Assembly: GCA_964019425.1 (NCBI GenBank)
Contig: OZ025781.1
Location: 1,674,001 to 1,738,000, forward strand
From: Flectonema sp. DT1601
Taxonomy: Eukaryota
Length of the DNA stretch: 64,000 bases
Direction: 5' to 3'
Below are positions 33,744 through 44,300 of the stretch, in pieces. How positions within the stretch are numbered: position 1 is the stretch's first letter; each line of letters opens with the position of its first letter. Under the pieces are notes generated by a model that searched no databases, had not been told where the DNA came from, and saw only the letters and a list, made by a program, of their open reading frames with translations. The position numbers and the translations under genes are program-made.

Positions 33744-35684
33744 ATGACGTTAGAAGACGAAACTGACTCAGTTGTAATAAATTGGTTTAAACTTTTTGAT
33801 AATGAAGTTATCGACTATCAAGATCTTCAAGACGGTATCGTTGCTGTAAAGGTTTTCAATCAACTACACCCGAAACATGCAATTAGCGAAGAAGGTTTAT
33901 GCAACACTGATAATTGGGTTTTACAAAAAGAAAATTTAGACAAAGTCGTATCGGGATTGAGTTTGGTCTATAGGAGATTTGGTACCAGTGCGTGTTGTAA
34001 GAACTGGGTAGACACTGAACAGATAGCAGAGCATGCAGACATAGACTCCACGAGACTGTTTGCTATGATTCTATTAACATCGATAGTGGCATCTGAAATG
34101 GAGGAAACATTAAATGAAAAGTTTGAAGGTAACGCAGCTCAGGATACAGAAAGAGTGATCGATTCTGTTCTTCTTAAATATGACCTCGATTTAGACCAGT
34201 TAGAATCTGAAGCTAATGAACAACGACGTATTAATATGGAAAAAGTTAAAATTCTAGATTTCGATAAACTAATGCAGCCAACTCCTCGAACACGACGAGC
34301 CTCAATTGGTGTCGTAACTGGAGCTGATTATGAAGATAGAATCATTTCATTATTAGCAGCGATAACAAAGAAAGACCAAGACATCACTCGATTAGAAAAG
34401 ATGCTCGTGGCTCAACACGGATCATTTCCAAGTGCAAGAGGTGCTTCTGTTTCGTGGTCATCACCATACTCAAATAGAGCAACGTCAGTACCATCTCTTT
34501 GTGGTACAACACCAGGAAATCTTAGCGTCAGATCACCTGTTCCTCCAACTCCTAGAATTACGTATTCTGCTATCAGAGATGAATTAACATCAAAGAATTG
34601 TCGGATTATGGAACTCGAAAACGATCTTTCAATCATCCCAGAAAAGAGTGATGAGATAATGAGATTACAGGACGAAGTTCAAATTCTAAAACATGAATTA
34701 TCAGAAGAGAAGAATAAAAAAATTTCTAACAGCGACTCATCACAGTCTGATTTTAGTGCTCTAAAAACAAGAATCAGAACACTAGAAGAGGACTTGTCAC
34801 GTGAAGTTGAAACATCAGCGAAGGTGGGACAGCTTGAGAGAAAGAATAAAAAACTGAAATCAGAAATAGATCGCGTGAAGGAAGAATACGAAACCCAACT
34901 CTTCGTTCTTGAGGAAGCAATGATTGGACTCAAAGAAGAAAATAGCCATTCAGATGCCACCGAGAGACAATCATTAGCTAAGACAACACCTCTGCGAGAG
35001 AGAGTTTCAAAAATAAAAAATGGAATAGAAACGGCAGCATCAGTCACTTCAGAAGCAAATGAAATAATAATTCGATACAACCAACTTGTTGAAAGCTTAA
35101 AGTTTTCTAATCAGGAAAACTGTCGATTAAAACGTCAAATATTAGATCTCAATTTACATCATGAGATGGCATCTTTAGGTAATCGTATCAACAGAGAACA
35201 ACAAGAGGTCAGTACTTTCTTAGATCAAATGACTCAACACAAACAAGGAATCAACGAGGCAATTATCAACGCAAAGAAATCTGCTGAAATTCGTATGGAG
35301 CAAAAGGCTGCTGAGAAGAGGCTAGCGTTGACTGCATTCCCTGTTAACAAAGTTGAGAAAACGAAAAAGACTCAGAAATCTCAAAGTGCATACACAAAAC
35401 CAATTATACCTGAGCTAAAGGACACCAGTAAATTTAAAATACCAACTACTCAGTTGGAAGATGGTGCCGCTTCAGCTCGTGCTGGCAGCCTGTCCAGGAC
35501 TAATACTGGTTTCGATATCTCACAATCATCGTTTATGCAATCACAGTCATCAATAAATCAATCATTTCGTAACTTGTTAACACCTCGTCCTTCTGTTGGT
35601 GAACAGACCCCTCGTATTAATCCAAGAGATTATCTTTTACGTACACCCAGAGATCGGTCATTTAGACAACCCAGTAAACCTTAA
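33744..35684 (+). CDS. HOOK-like protein (N-terminal CH-like HOOK domain + coiled coil)
   Basis: W..LF...DLQDGI....F.QL.P...NW.L...NL..V pattern typical of the HOOK N-terminus, followed by a long coiled coil. Confidence 0.7.
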   Translation: MTLEDETDSVVINWFKLFDNEVIDYQDLQDGIVAVKVFNQLHPKHAISEEGLCNTDNWVLQKENLDKVVSGLSLVYRRFGTSACCKNWVDTEQIAEHADIDSTRLFAMILLTSIVASEMEETLNEKFEGNAAQDTERVIDSVLLKYDLDLDQLESEANEQRRINMEKVKILDFDKLMQPTPRTRRASIGVVTGADYEDRIISLLAAITKKDQDITRLEKMLVAQHGSFPSARGASVSWSSPYSNRATSVPSLCGTTPGNLSVRSPVPPTPRITYSAIRDELTSKNCRIMELENDLSIIPEKSDEIMRLQDEVQILKHELSEEKNKKISNSDSSQSDFSALKTRIRTLEEDLSREVETSAKVGQLERKNKKLKSEIDRVKEEYETQLFVLEEAMIGLKEENSHSDATERQSLAKTTPLRERVSKIKNGIETAASVTSEANEIIIRYNQLVESLKFSNQENCRLKRQILDLNLHHEMASLGNRINREQQEVSTFLDQMTQHKQGINEAIINAKKSAEIRMEQKAAEKRLALTAFPVNKVEKTKKTQKSQSAYTKPIIPELKDTSKFKIPTTQLEDGAASARAGSLSRTNTGFDISQSSFMQSQSSINQSFRNLLTPRPSVGEQTPRINPRDYLLRTPRDRSFRQPSKP

Positions 35685-36329
35685 TGGAGATACTTCTCAT
35701 CCCTTTTTGATGTCTGATTGGGTTGTTTATTTAGTTGACCATTCTTCGGCGCTCAAAATAGTGAGATGAGCAGCTTTCGTTCCCTCGCGCCGAAAATGGT
35801 CTTTTTTCACAAACTTTAACTTATGTAAGCAATTAGCCTTCCAATAATGTAAGAGTAATTTTTCTGACTTCATTTGTTCAGTTTCAACGTTCTACTATCT
35901 GTCTGTGAGGAGTCACGTTCTGCACACTAAAAAAAAAAAAAAGAGGATTGCAAGCTGGTTGTAGTAAAATTACGTAGTCGGCCAATGGCCAATTGTGTGG
36001 CCAATAAAATATATGACCTCACCTCGGCTCGAAAAATTACGTTTTTTTTTTTTTTTTTTGTTTCGTTATTTTGGTTTTATATACTTTTATTGCAATCTAT
36101 TAGAAGTGGTATCGCTTGCCGCACATGTTCCTCTCTCTCTCCGTGCATATTAGATTTTATTTTTATTGGTCAGCACCAAATTGTTATTACTGTCACACAA
36201 AACTGATGGTTCAGCTTTCTATTATTTCATTCCCCTACAGGACCTGTGAGGATGGGTATGAATGATTGTTATGTGTCCTGTTATTTCTTTATGATTGTAT
36301 TTATATTTCAGTTTAACACATCCAACAAC

Positions 36330-36746
36330 ATGGATTACTGTACTTTAATATTTGATGAGAATAAAGTCTCCAACAGTGACGAATGGGTTCAAGATAATTC
36401 AATCATGTCTGCGAACAATGAGAAGCTGAGGTTGTACGCCAGAGGAGACTGCAATGCTTCCGGGTCGGGTAAAATACCACTACCAAAACTAGATAAAAAG
36501 AGAACTCGCGGAAAGAAAGTAAGAAAATCTCCTAAAAATGAAGACACAACTACACTAACATGGAACAGAGAGATTAGCATTTCATCAGAAGACGTCATTT
36601 CTTCGACTGCGAGACCTGTCAAACGAATTCCTTTACCGAAACCCAAAACAGTAATTCCTCCAAAAGACGGCCGAATTCCCCTTCCTTGTCAGATGTCGGT
36701 TTTCTTTAATAAAGATTTGAATATTAAAACTAATCAGATCAATTGA
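36330..36746 (+). CDS. Small hypothetical basic protein with three (K/R)IPLP motifs
   Basis: ATG 36330 follows a T-rich AG (tatatttcag) and is in frame with ORF 36246. 3' end uncertain. Confidence 0.45.
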   Translation: MDYCTLIFDENKVSNSDEWVQDNSIMSANNEKLRLYARGDCNASGSGKIPLPKLDKKRTRGKKVRKSPKNEDTTTLTWNREISISSEDVISSTARPVKRIPLPKPKTVIPPKDGRIPLPCQMSVFFNKDLNIKTNQIN

Positions 36747-38184
36747 AAGCTTTAATGACTGAAGCACTGATTTTATTATTTTAGGTTCACTTTTATCTAA
36801 CCTGCTAACCACCATTGCTGTAGTAGTTGGCAGCTTTATTTTTAAATTGTCCTTCTTTGTTAGGTCCCTAGGTACCTTTCTCTTTATTAGTAATTTGTTA
36901 TTTTACCTTTTTTTTTTTTTTGCTTGAACTTGTAAACGTTAATCGCCTGCGTTTTCTTTGGCATTCCCATCGGAATGTCATTATTGGTAGTCGAGGATTA
37001 GTATTAATAAAAAAAAAAAAAAAAAATGATAATATTTTATTCTCTTCTGTGTGTTTACTGTTAATTTACTTCATAAGTAACTAGTGGTGTTTACGCCTTT
37101 ATCGTGTTACTCACTTGAAGCATAGTCATTGAGCTATGTGCGATTTATCGCGGCGTATTAAAAATCCATCAGTTCTGTAAAGTATTTCAGTTGCGTTATT
37201 TTGAAGAACTTTGTTTTGTCGCAGTGGGGCGCTCAATCCTCAAGTGCCCCTTATCGCATGAGTACTTACGCAGTGAATGTTTTTTATTCCCCTGATATCT
37301 GACTTCCTTTTGCAACTCTTCTTTTTGCGGGAGAGACTCCGAGACTTCCACTGTTAAGTTTGAGAAGACTTACTTACCTCTCATAAATAATTATACGAAT
37401 TGTTAATTAAAACTTAAAAAGTGATTACAATGCTATCCTCAAGGCGGTACTCCATCACGGTGGATTGTCTCAGTGTCAGACCAGCAACCTGTAGTTGGTT
37501 TGCTTAAATAAAAGTATCTGGAGCAGTATGCCAATATCACTGTTGTGTTGTTGTCTATTTCTATACTTAATCTTGCTTAACAACTTAGATGTTGACGAGT
37601 TATCACTAACAAGTGCCCAGTGTCGAGCACTAAAGGTCGCCTAGTGACTGCTATGTTTGTGTGACTTCTCAATTTTTGTTGTTTTATTCATTTTGAACTT
37701 CTTTTTTTATTTTTTTATGATCGTAACAACCAGTAGAAAGCAGTTTACTGTTTTTGATCTTCACTTATTAGCATAATGGTTGTTACTTTCTTGCCAATGG
37801 TTTACTTTTCTTTCTTTTCGTGAATAAACAAGGTGATGACCTTTTTTTGTTTGGTTTTGAGGGACTGCTATCCCAGAGCCGCAATGAAAGCCCTTTTTCG
37901 CCGCCTGTGTTGTTACTAATTTTTATTCTAATCTGTGAAGAGGTAACAACTTCCCCTTTCACAAGTAAAGCCAATGACACCTCTCTCGAATATGAACCAA
38001 TGCTTGAGCTTACGAACAGAAGTACCTTACTGTCTGGTAGATCCAAGTCTCTTTTCGCTTGTGAGAATCTTACGTCTATGGTGTCGAACGACGTGAGCTT
38101 CTCCAGAGGTTTGGCTTCAATAAGTAAGTAGTAACTTTTGTAAAAGTAATAATTTATATATTTACTGTCAGGGTACCATACAAA

Positions 38185-39897
38185 ATGAAAAGTTCGATGT
38201 TGTTGTTGGCTGGTGTGGGAGCCGCCCTGGCTGCAGAAAGACCGAATTTCATTATTTTCTACGCTGATGATTTAGGATATGGTGATCTTGCTAGTTACGG
38301 TCACCCGATGAGTGACACTCCAAATCTTGATCAGCTTGCTAAGGAAGGAATGAGATTCGGTAACATCTACACATCGTCTCCTGTGTGTTCACCTTCAAGA
38401 GCTGGTTTACTAACTGGTAGATACCAAATGAGAAGTGGTATATGGCCTGGAGTACTCGGACCGACATCATCATCTGGTCTTCCACACAATGAGACAACTA
38501 TTGCTACTGCGCTGAAGGCAAACGGTTACAACACCGCGATGGTTGGCAAGTGGCATTTAGGAGTTGGTATGGACTGGGAATACCTCCCAACAACTCAAGG
38601 ATTCGATTCTTGGATGGGTGTACCATACTCGCATGATATGCCTGACCCAAACTTGTGTTTTTATAACCCTGGGACTCCAGGTATCCCATGCTGGCCTGGA
38701 ACACCTGCAGAGCCTATGAAGACGACCTGTCCTACTGGAGTGACGAGTGAGGATGACACTTCCGATTCAACTCCCGTAGGAGATAACGAGTTAGTTAAAA
38801 AGCTGTACACTGAAGAGTACCGCAGAGGATTTGAGTCTGGAGAGCCACAGGCCTCAGGAGGAGAAGTTCAGATTCCGTTGTTCAACGGAACTGCGTCAAC
38901 GATGAAAATCATCCAGCAGCCTGCCAACTTGACAACACTTGATGACTTGTACACTGACGCTGCTGTCGGATTTGTTAAACAAGCGTCACGTTCCGAGAAA
39001 CCATTCTTTTTGTACTACGCATTTCAACATACTCATCACCCTGACTACGCTGGAAAGATGTTTATGAACACTACAGACAGAGGAATGTTCGGAGACGCAA
39101 TTAAAGCACTTGACTGGTCTCTCGGAGAAGTTCTTTCAGCTCTCAAAGCCGGAGGTAAGGAAGACAACACACTCGTCTTCTTCTCTGCTGACAACGGACC
39201 TTCGCTCGGTAGACTTCAGAGAGGTGGAAACGCAGGATTGCTAAGATGTGGTAAGGGAACTACTTGGGAAGGTGGACAACGTGTTCCTGGTCTAATCAAA
39301 TGGCCTGGTCATATTGCTGCTGATTCACTCACAAGAGAAGTCGCTTCAACGATGGACATGTTTGCAACTATTATGAAGATCACAGGTATTCCATTACCAA
39401 CTAATAGATTTATTGATAGTGTTGATATGTCTCCTTTTATCTTCTCACCAGATGGAAAGGCTGCTCCTGACTCTGATGCCAGAGACTACTTCTTTTACTG
39501 GGATGAGGGAGTCTCAAGTAACGCGAACCTCAACGCTGTTAGATGGAGAGAGTGGAAAGTTCACTTCCGTACTCGAGGATCTCACTGTCCAAATGACTAC
39601 TTCGTTCTAACCTGTAGAGGAAACTACAGCTCTGGAATCTTGGAAACCCCTTTGTTGTTTAACTTGAACCACGACGCTGGAGAACAAGTTCCTTTGGACT
39701 ACAACGACAATACATTTTCATTCGTCGTGGAAAAGATTAACCAACTGAAGGCTGCTCATCTTGCTTCTCCAGGTCTGTTCGGACCTAGTCAGATCCGAAA
39801 ACACGATCCAATGTCACAGTCCTGCTGCAAGCCTTCATGTAAGGATAAGAATGACACTAGTATTCTTCCTTCTTGCTGTAGGAATAATCCTTACTAG
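38185..39897 (+). CDS. Secreted/lysosomal arylsulfatase (ARSA/ARSG-like, formylglycine type)
   Basis: Signal peptide, PNFIIFYADDLGYGD, CSPSRAGLLTGR, GKWHLG, SADNG, GKGTTWEGGQRVP. Confidence 0.95.
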   Translation: MKSSMLLLAGVGAALAAERPNFIIFYADDLGYGDLASYGHPMSDTPNLDQLAKEGMRFGNIYTSSPVCSPSRAGLLTGRYQMRSGIWPGVLGPTSSSGLPHNETTIATALKANGYNTAMVGKWHLGVGMDWEYLPTTQGFDSWMGVPYSHDMPDPNLCFYNPGTPGIPCWPGTPAEPMKTTCPTGVTSEDDTSDSTPVGDNELVKKLYTEEYRRGFESGEPQASGGEVQIPLFNGTASTMKIIQQPANLTTLDDLYTDAAVGFVKQASRSEKPFFLYYAFQHTHHPDYAGKMFMNTTDRGMFGDAIKALDWSLGEVLSALKAGGKEDNTLVFFSADNGPSLGRLQRGGNAGLLRCGKGTTWEGGQRVPGLIKWPGHIAADSLTREVASTMDMFATIMKITGIPLPTNRFIDSVDMSPFIFSPDGKAAPDSDARDYFFYWDEGVSSNANLNAVRWREWKVHFRTRGSHCPNDYFVLTCRGNYSSGILETPLLFNLNHDAGEQVPLDYNDNTFSFVVEKINQLKAAHLASPGLFGPSQIRKHDPMSQSCCKPSCKDKNDTSILPSCCRNNPY

Positions 39898-40857
39898 TAG
39901 TAACGTAATGCATGTAATGCTCTTTTGAAACAACCAACCTGTTTAGTAATTTTCTTTTTGTTTTTTGAAGTAAGCCATTTCCTTCGTCTTCTTCTGAGGC
40001 AGGCCAATTCTTGTACCACACAAATCTGACTGCGGACGGTTTCTAAACTAAATTCGAAATAAGTTTTTTTATTAGAGTCAAAGCTGCCTGAAGATCGACC
40101 CTCGTCAGCGTTAGCAACGCTGCTGTGCGACCCACAACAGTCTTCTTGGGATTCGTTCAGTCTTCGATCATGGATCAATTCCCTTCTTTTTGTCGTTATA
40201 TACACAACATTTAAGGGAAACAAAGCAAACCAAGATTGGCGGTGATAAAAATGGTACATAGAAATAACCGTTGAGAGTGGTTCTGTAGCAACTCGACCGC
40301 CTGATGAAATATGATGCGTGGGGGAGTGGCTTATCTTCTATTTTTTCAATCTCTCCCCTTAAATCGGCAACGTCATTATTGCTTTCAAACTCTCTTAAAC
40401 TTGAAAGAACAAATTATGACACACATTTTAACATTATTGGAGGTTACTGAAATGGAAAAGAAATGTGCGGAAGCAGTGATAACGTTTAACAATTTCTTTT
40501 ACTTACTTACGGGGTTGCTTGATGAATGTAACTTTCATAAAGTTAATGCAGACATTATTAAGTAAATGTGCCGGTGAAGTTGTCGACTGCTGATAACAGA
40601 GTGGCATTGCGTTCAGTGTTCATTTATTCGCCCCTCAGTTTCCTTAACACGAAGTGCCTTAATATTAAATAGTGATACAAGTTTTGGGCTTGCACATCAC
40701 TTTTTCCGAGTCGTGTGTGATTTTCTTCCGGGTTTGTAATGTGTAGGCCCTCGGCACAACTCAACTTCGCCTCTGGCCTGCACATTAAGAAGAAAAATAA
40801 AAAAAAGAGACTCACACTCGGCAGAGTAAAGTAATGTAACTATCCGTGAAGCTTTGC

Positions 40858-40889
<32 letters not shown>

Positions 40890-41324
40890 CCCCATTCCTT
40901 TTCGTACGTGCAATAAACGATATATATTTTCCCTGTTCGCGTTGTCGGAATTAAATTAATCCTGAAGCTGTTCTTTCGTAGACGTCAGAAAATAATTTAT
41001 TATGACAAGGATACTCTTCATGATGTTCTCCTTATTTGATGTTTATTCTGATTTTTTTTTTTTTTTTTTTTTTTTTCACTTTAAAAAAACCAACGTTAAA
41101 CTATTTTCAAGCTCTCTCCATGTAGTTTACCAGTTATCTGGTTGGGATTGTCTCTCTCTCCGTGAAGAATATGGGGAAAAAAGAAAAAAAAAAAAGAATA
41201 TTGATATGTGGTTTTTTTTTTGTGTTGTGAAAGTATTTTATTGCCGTCCCCCCTCAGCATCTCATACTCAACACAGATATGTTATTACTGTAAGAAGGAA
41301 AACAACGAACGGTAGGCTGGTTAC

Positions 41325-44300
41325 ATGACTAAATCTATTGGGTTTCGATGTGGGGCGATAGTGTCGAGAAGAGCAACACCATCGCTACAACACAAACTTC
41401 GTACTCAGTGGAGGGGATGCTTTGAAGAGGCAGCAACAAGTTCAAATATATGGAAAAGAAAAAAAATCGATGAAGAAGAAGAAGAAACAACTAATGACGG
41501 GATACCAACAACCTTCAGGGAATATCTACAATACTGTAAAGGAGTTGGAGCAGTCGACGTCCCTGAATTAATTCAAAAAGAAGGTATCCCTGACAAAGTA
41601 ACTAATGTAATACTAGCACTAGAAGACACAGGAACCATTCAATACTTGGATGATAGGTCTTGGTATTTTATGATTCTGTCAAAGTGGCTTCCTGCAATGA
41701 AAAAACATCAATTTCATGTTTTTGATGATGCGGCTCGTCGGGAAATCTGGTCTGACATGATGCACACATTAAATAATATAAAAGACCGTTGGGGTCCTTT
41801 AACAACAGCCGCTCTGCTTCACTCTGCCTCAAGTCTTGGATTTGAGAAAGAAACACAGCAACTGTACGAAGAAGCTCACTCAAAACAATACTTAACTAGA
41901 TATATATTCCCCTCGTTGATATATTCAAAAGGTAGGGCAAGAGAGTTAACTGATGCTAACGAAGTTTATAAATACCTTGAGCAAAAAGGTGTTAGAGCTG
42001 AAGACTACAGAGCCATCGTGTACGCTAATTCGAGAGTGGGATGTTGGAGAGAAGCGCAATACTACTTTGATTTGTTTAAGAAAAGCTGTCCGAATGAACC
42101 TCCTTCACGTCAAGACCATAAACTAATGGTCACACTTTTATCTGCATATGCGAGGGGTAGAAATTACAAAGGAGCCATGAAGCTACTTGAGGAGATTACT
42201 ACAAAATATCGTCCATCAAACATTGTTTACTCCGCAGCTATTAATGCTCACTGTGATGGATCTATTAGAGGTTTTAATAGCGCAAGAATGCTTTTTTTAA
42301 GAGCCTACGACGTAACTCAGATATCATCAGCCAACGCCTGGATGAAAGTTATGATAAAACTATACGAAAGTATATCAGTCACTGACGGTTCTAACAGCGA
42401 TGAGATTGAGAAGAGATTACTTTTATTAAAGGATACAGCGCACACTCCCTTTAGGAGACTAGCGACTCGTAAAAGACAACAATTAATGAAAAGATTTTGG
42501 GGATTATACGACATTTGTAAGCAATATACAAATCAGTTTAAACCAGATGCTATCACTTACTTCCACGCACTTCAGTTTGCGAAAGCGTGTCACGATCCGG
42601 AACGCGCTCAAGACGTCCTTCGTGATGCAGCGGAAGCTGGTGTTAAACATACGAAACTTTATAACCTCGCTATCGGTGCCTACGCCAAGTGTATGGATGT
42701 ACGGGGGACGTACGATTTGTTTAAAGAGCTGCGAAATGAGAAATTAGTACCCGACATCAGTACCTACACAGCACTAATGAGTTGCCTTGAACCTGGTTCT
42801 GGTGCAAAGAACGCTGCAGCTATTCTTGATAGTTTAGCAAAGAGTGGTTTAGACCCCACTGGACCGTTATTCGCGGCAGCGGTGAGGACTTATGCAGGAG
42901 AGGATTCCACTGAAAAGTTAGTAGGATTGTGTAGGATGATGTTGAATACTTCTTTTGAGTCTGCCGATGGCTCTGGTTTTGTATTAGATAATGCTCAAGT
43001 TTTACGGAATTTAGAAATTCCATTCTCTAATAAGAATATCGGAAATCGAATAAAGACGGAATACCCGGACCTGTCTGAGCGATTCTTTGAGTTAGCAGCC
43101 CTCCCTTATCTCTCTCTTCGAGCTCCGAGACCATGTGCGCTTACTCCTGACGACGTTCGTTTTGGGTTTACGGTACCAGCTGGTAAGTCAATTTGGGTTC
43201 TTACTGATGAATGGATGCTACCATTGGGTGATAAACTTGGTGAATACATTCAGGATGCTGTTACTGCGAAGGATAGGTTTGTACTCTTTATTGAAATAGT
43301 TGTATTTGTGTTGTGGCTCAATAGATAACAACAAAACATAACAAAACAAACAGGATTATCGTTCCCTACTACTGCATTGTTCGGTTGGGAAGCATCTTAA
43401 GAAGAGAACAATCAAATCTACAACTCAAAGAGTATGTTTTGTTACTATTATTTTATAGTAAAGAGATTTGATTTACAAAACAACAAATCAAACAGAGCTG
43501 CTGCAGCAGTATTGTACACCCTGCAGGGTTTATTTGAGCAATCAGCTGAAGCTCATGCCAAAGGCGAGCCAGTCGTAGTTGATACTGTGTACTTTACTGA
43601 ACAAATAGAATCAAGAGGAGTACACGACTTACTCCTCGGCAGGTTAAAAGTTCCGGAAGAATATGAAAAGAAATTAGCTTCAGCTGAGGGTCCTGTTTAT
43701 GGTATGAATTCAACTATGGTTAAAAGAAACCTTTAGTTATGATACGAAAATAACAATAATAATAAACAGATATGGAACTTAGAGTACACCATCCAATAGC
43801 CGACCTACCAACATTGAAATATCTCTCAAGGAAGAGTGTTGCTATTGCTTTAATGCTGAAAACTTTTCAGATTTCTTCACGAAGTACAGTCTACTTTTGC
43901 GCGTATGTTTATTACCACGATACCTTTACATAGTATTGATCAATAATGAAATATTATAAAACAAAATAAATAAAACAGTCGAGATCCCGAGCACTTACAA
44001 ATTGCTAAAGATGCCGGACTAGACACATTCTCTGTTGAGGTACGTTATTGTTATTGTTTGATAAGATAATGAACTTTGTAATTAAATAAATAAAAACACC
44101 AACAGGATGCTCTTGGACCTGACTGGCTAAAGACTAGGAAGGAAGAAGAAGAACTATTAATGCTCTCTTGGAAGGGTGACGTTCATGAGGTTAATCAGAT
44201 TGAAGAAAACATTATACCAGCTCTAACGTCTACAGTTTATAATGATAACGAGTTCAGTAGATTAGAAGAACAGGAACGTATCCAACTCGAAATAAAAACG

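Noticed and set aside
37226..37250. Isolated small hairpins (ggggcgct/agtgcccc; also ~40111-40127, ~46704-46720, ~62051-62063)
   Set aside because: Short single-copy stems are expected by chance, and rho-independent terminators do not apply to this eukaryotic context.
37783..38131. Overlapping short ORFs on both strands upstream of the sulfatase
   Set aside because: No ATG start, no recognisable motif, and low-complexity ends.
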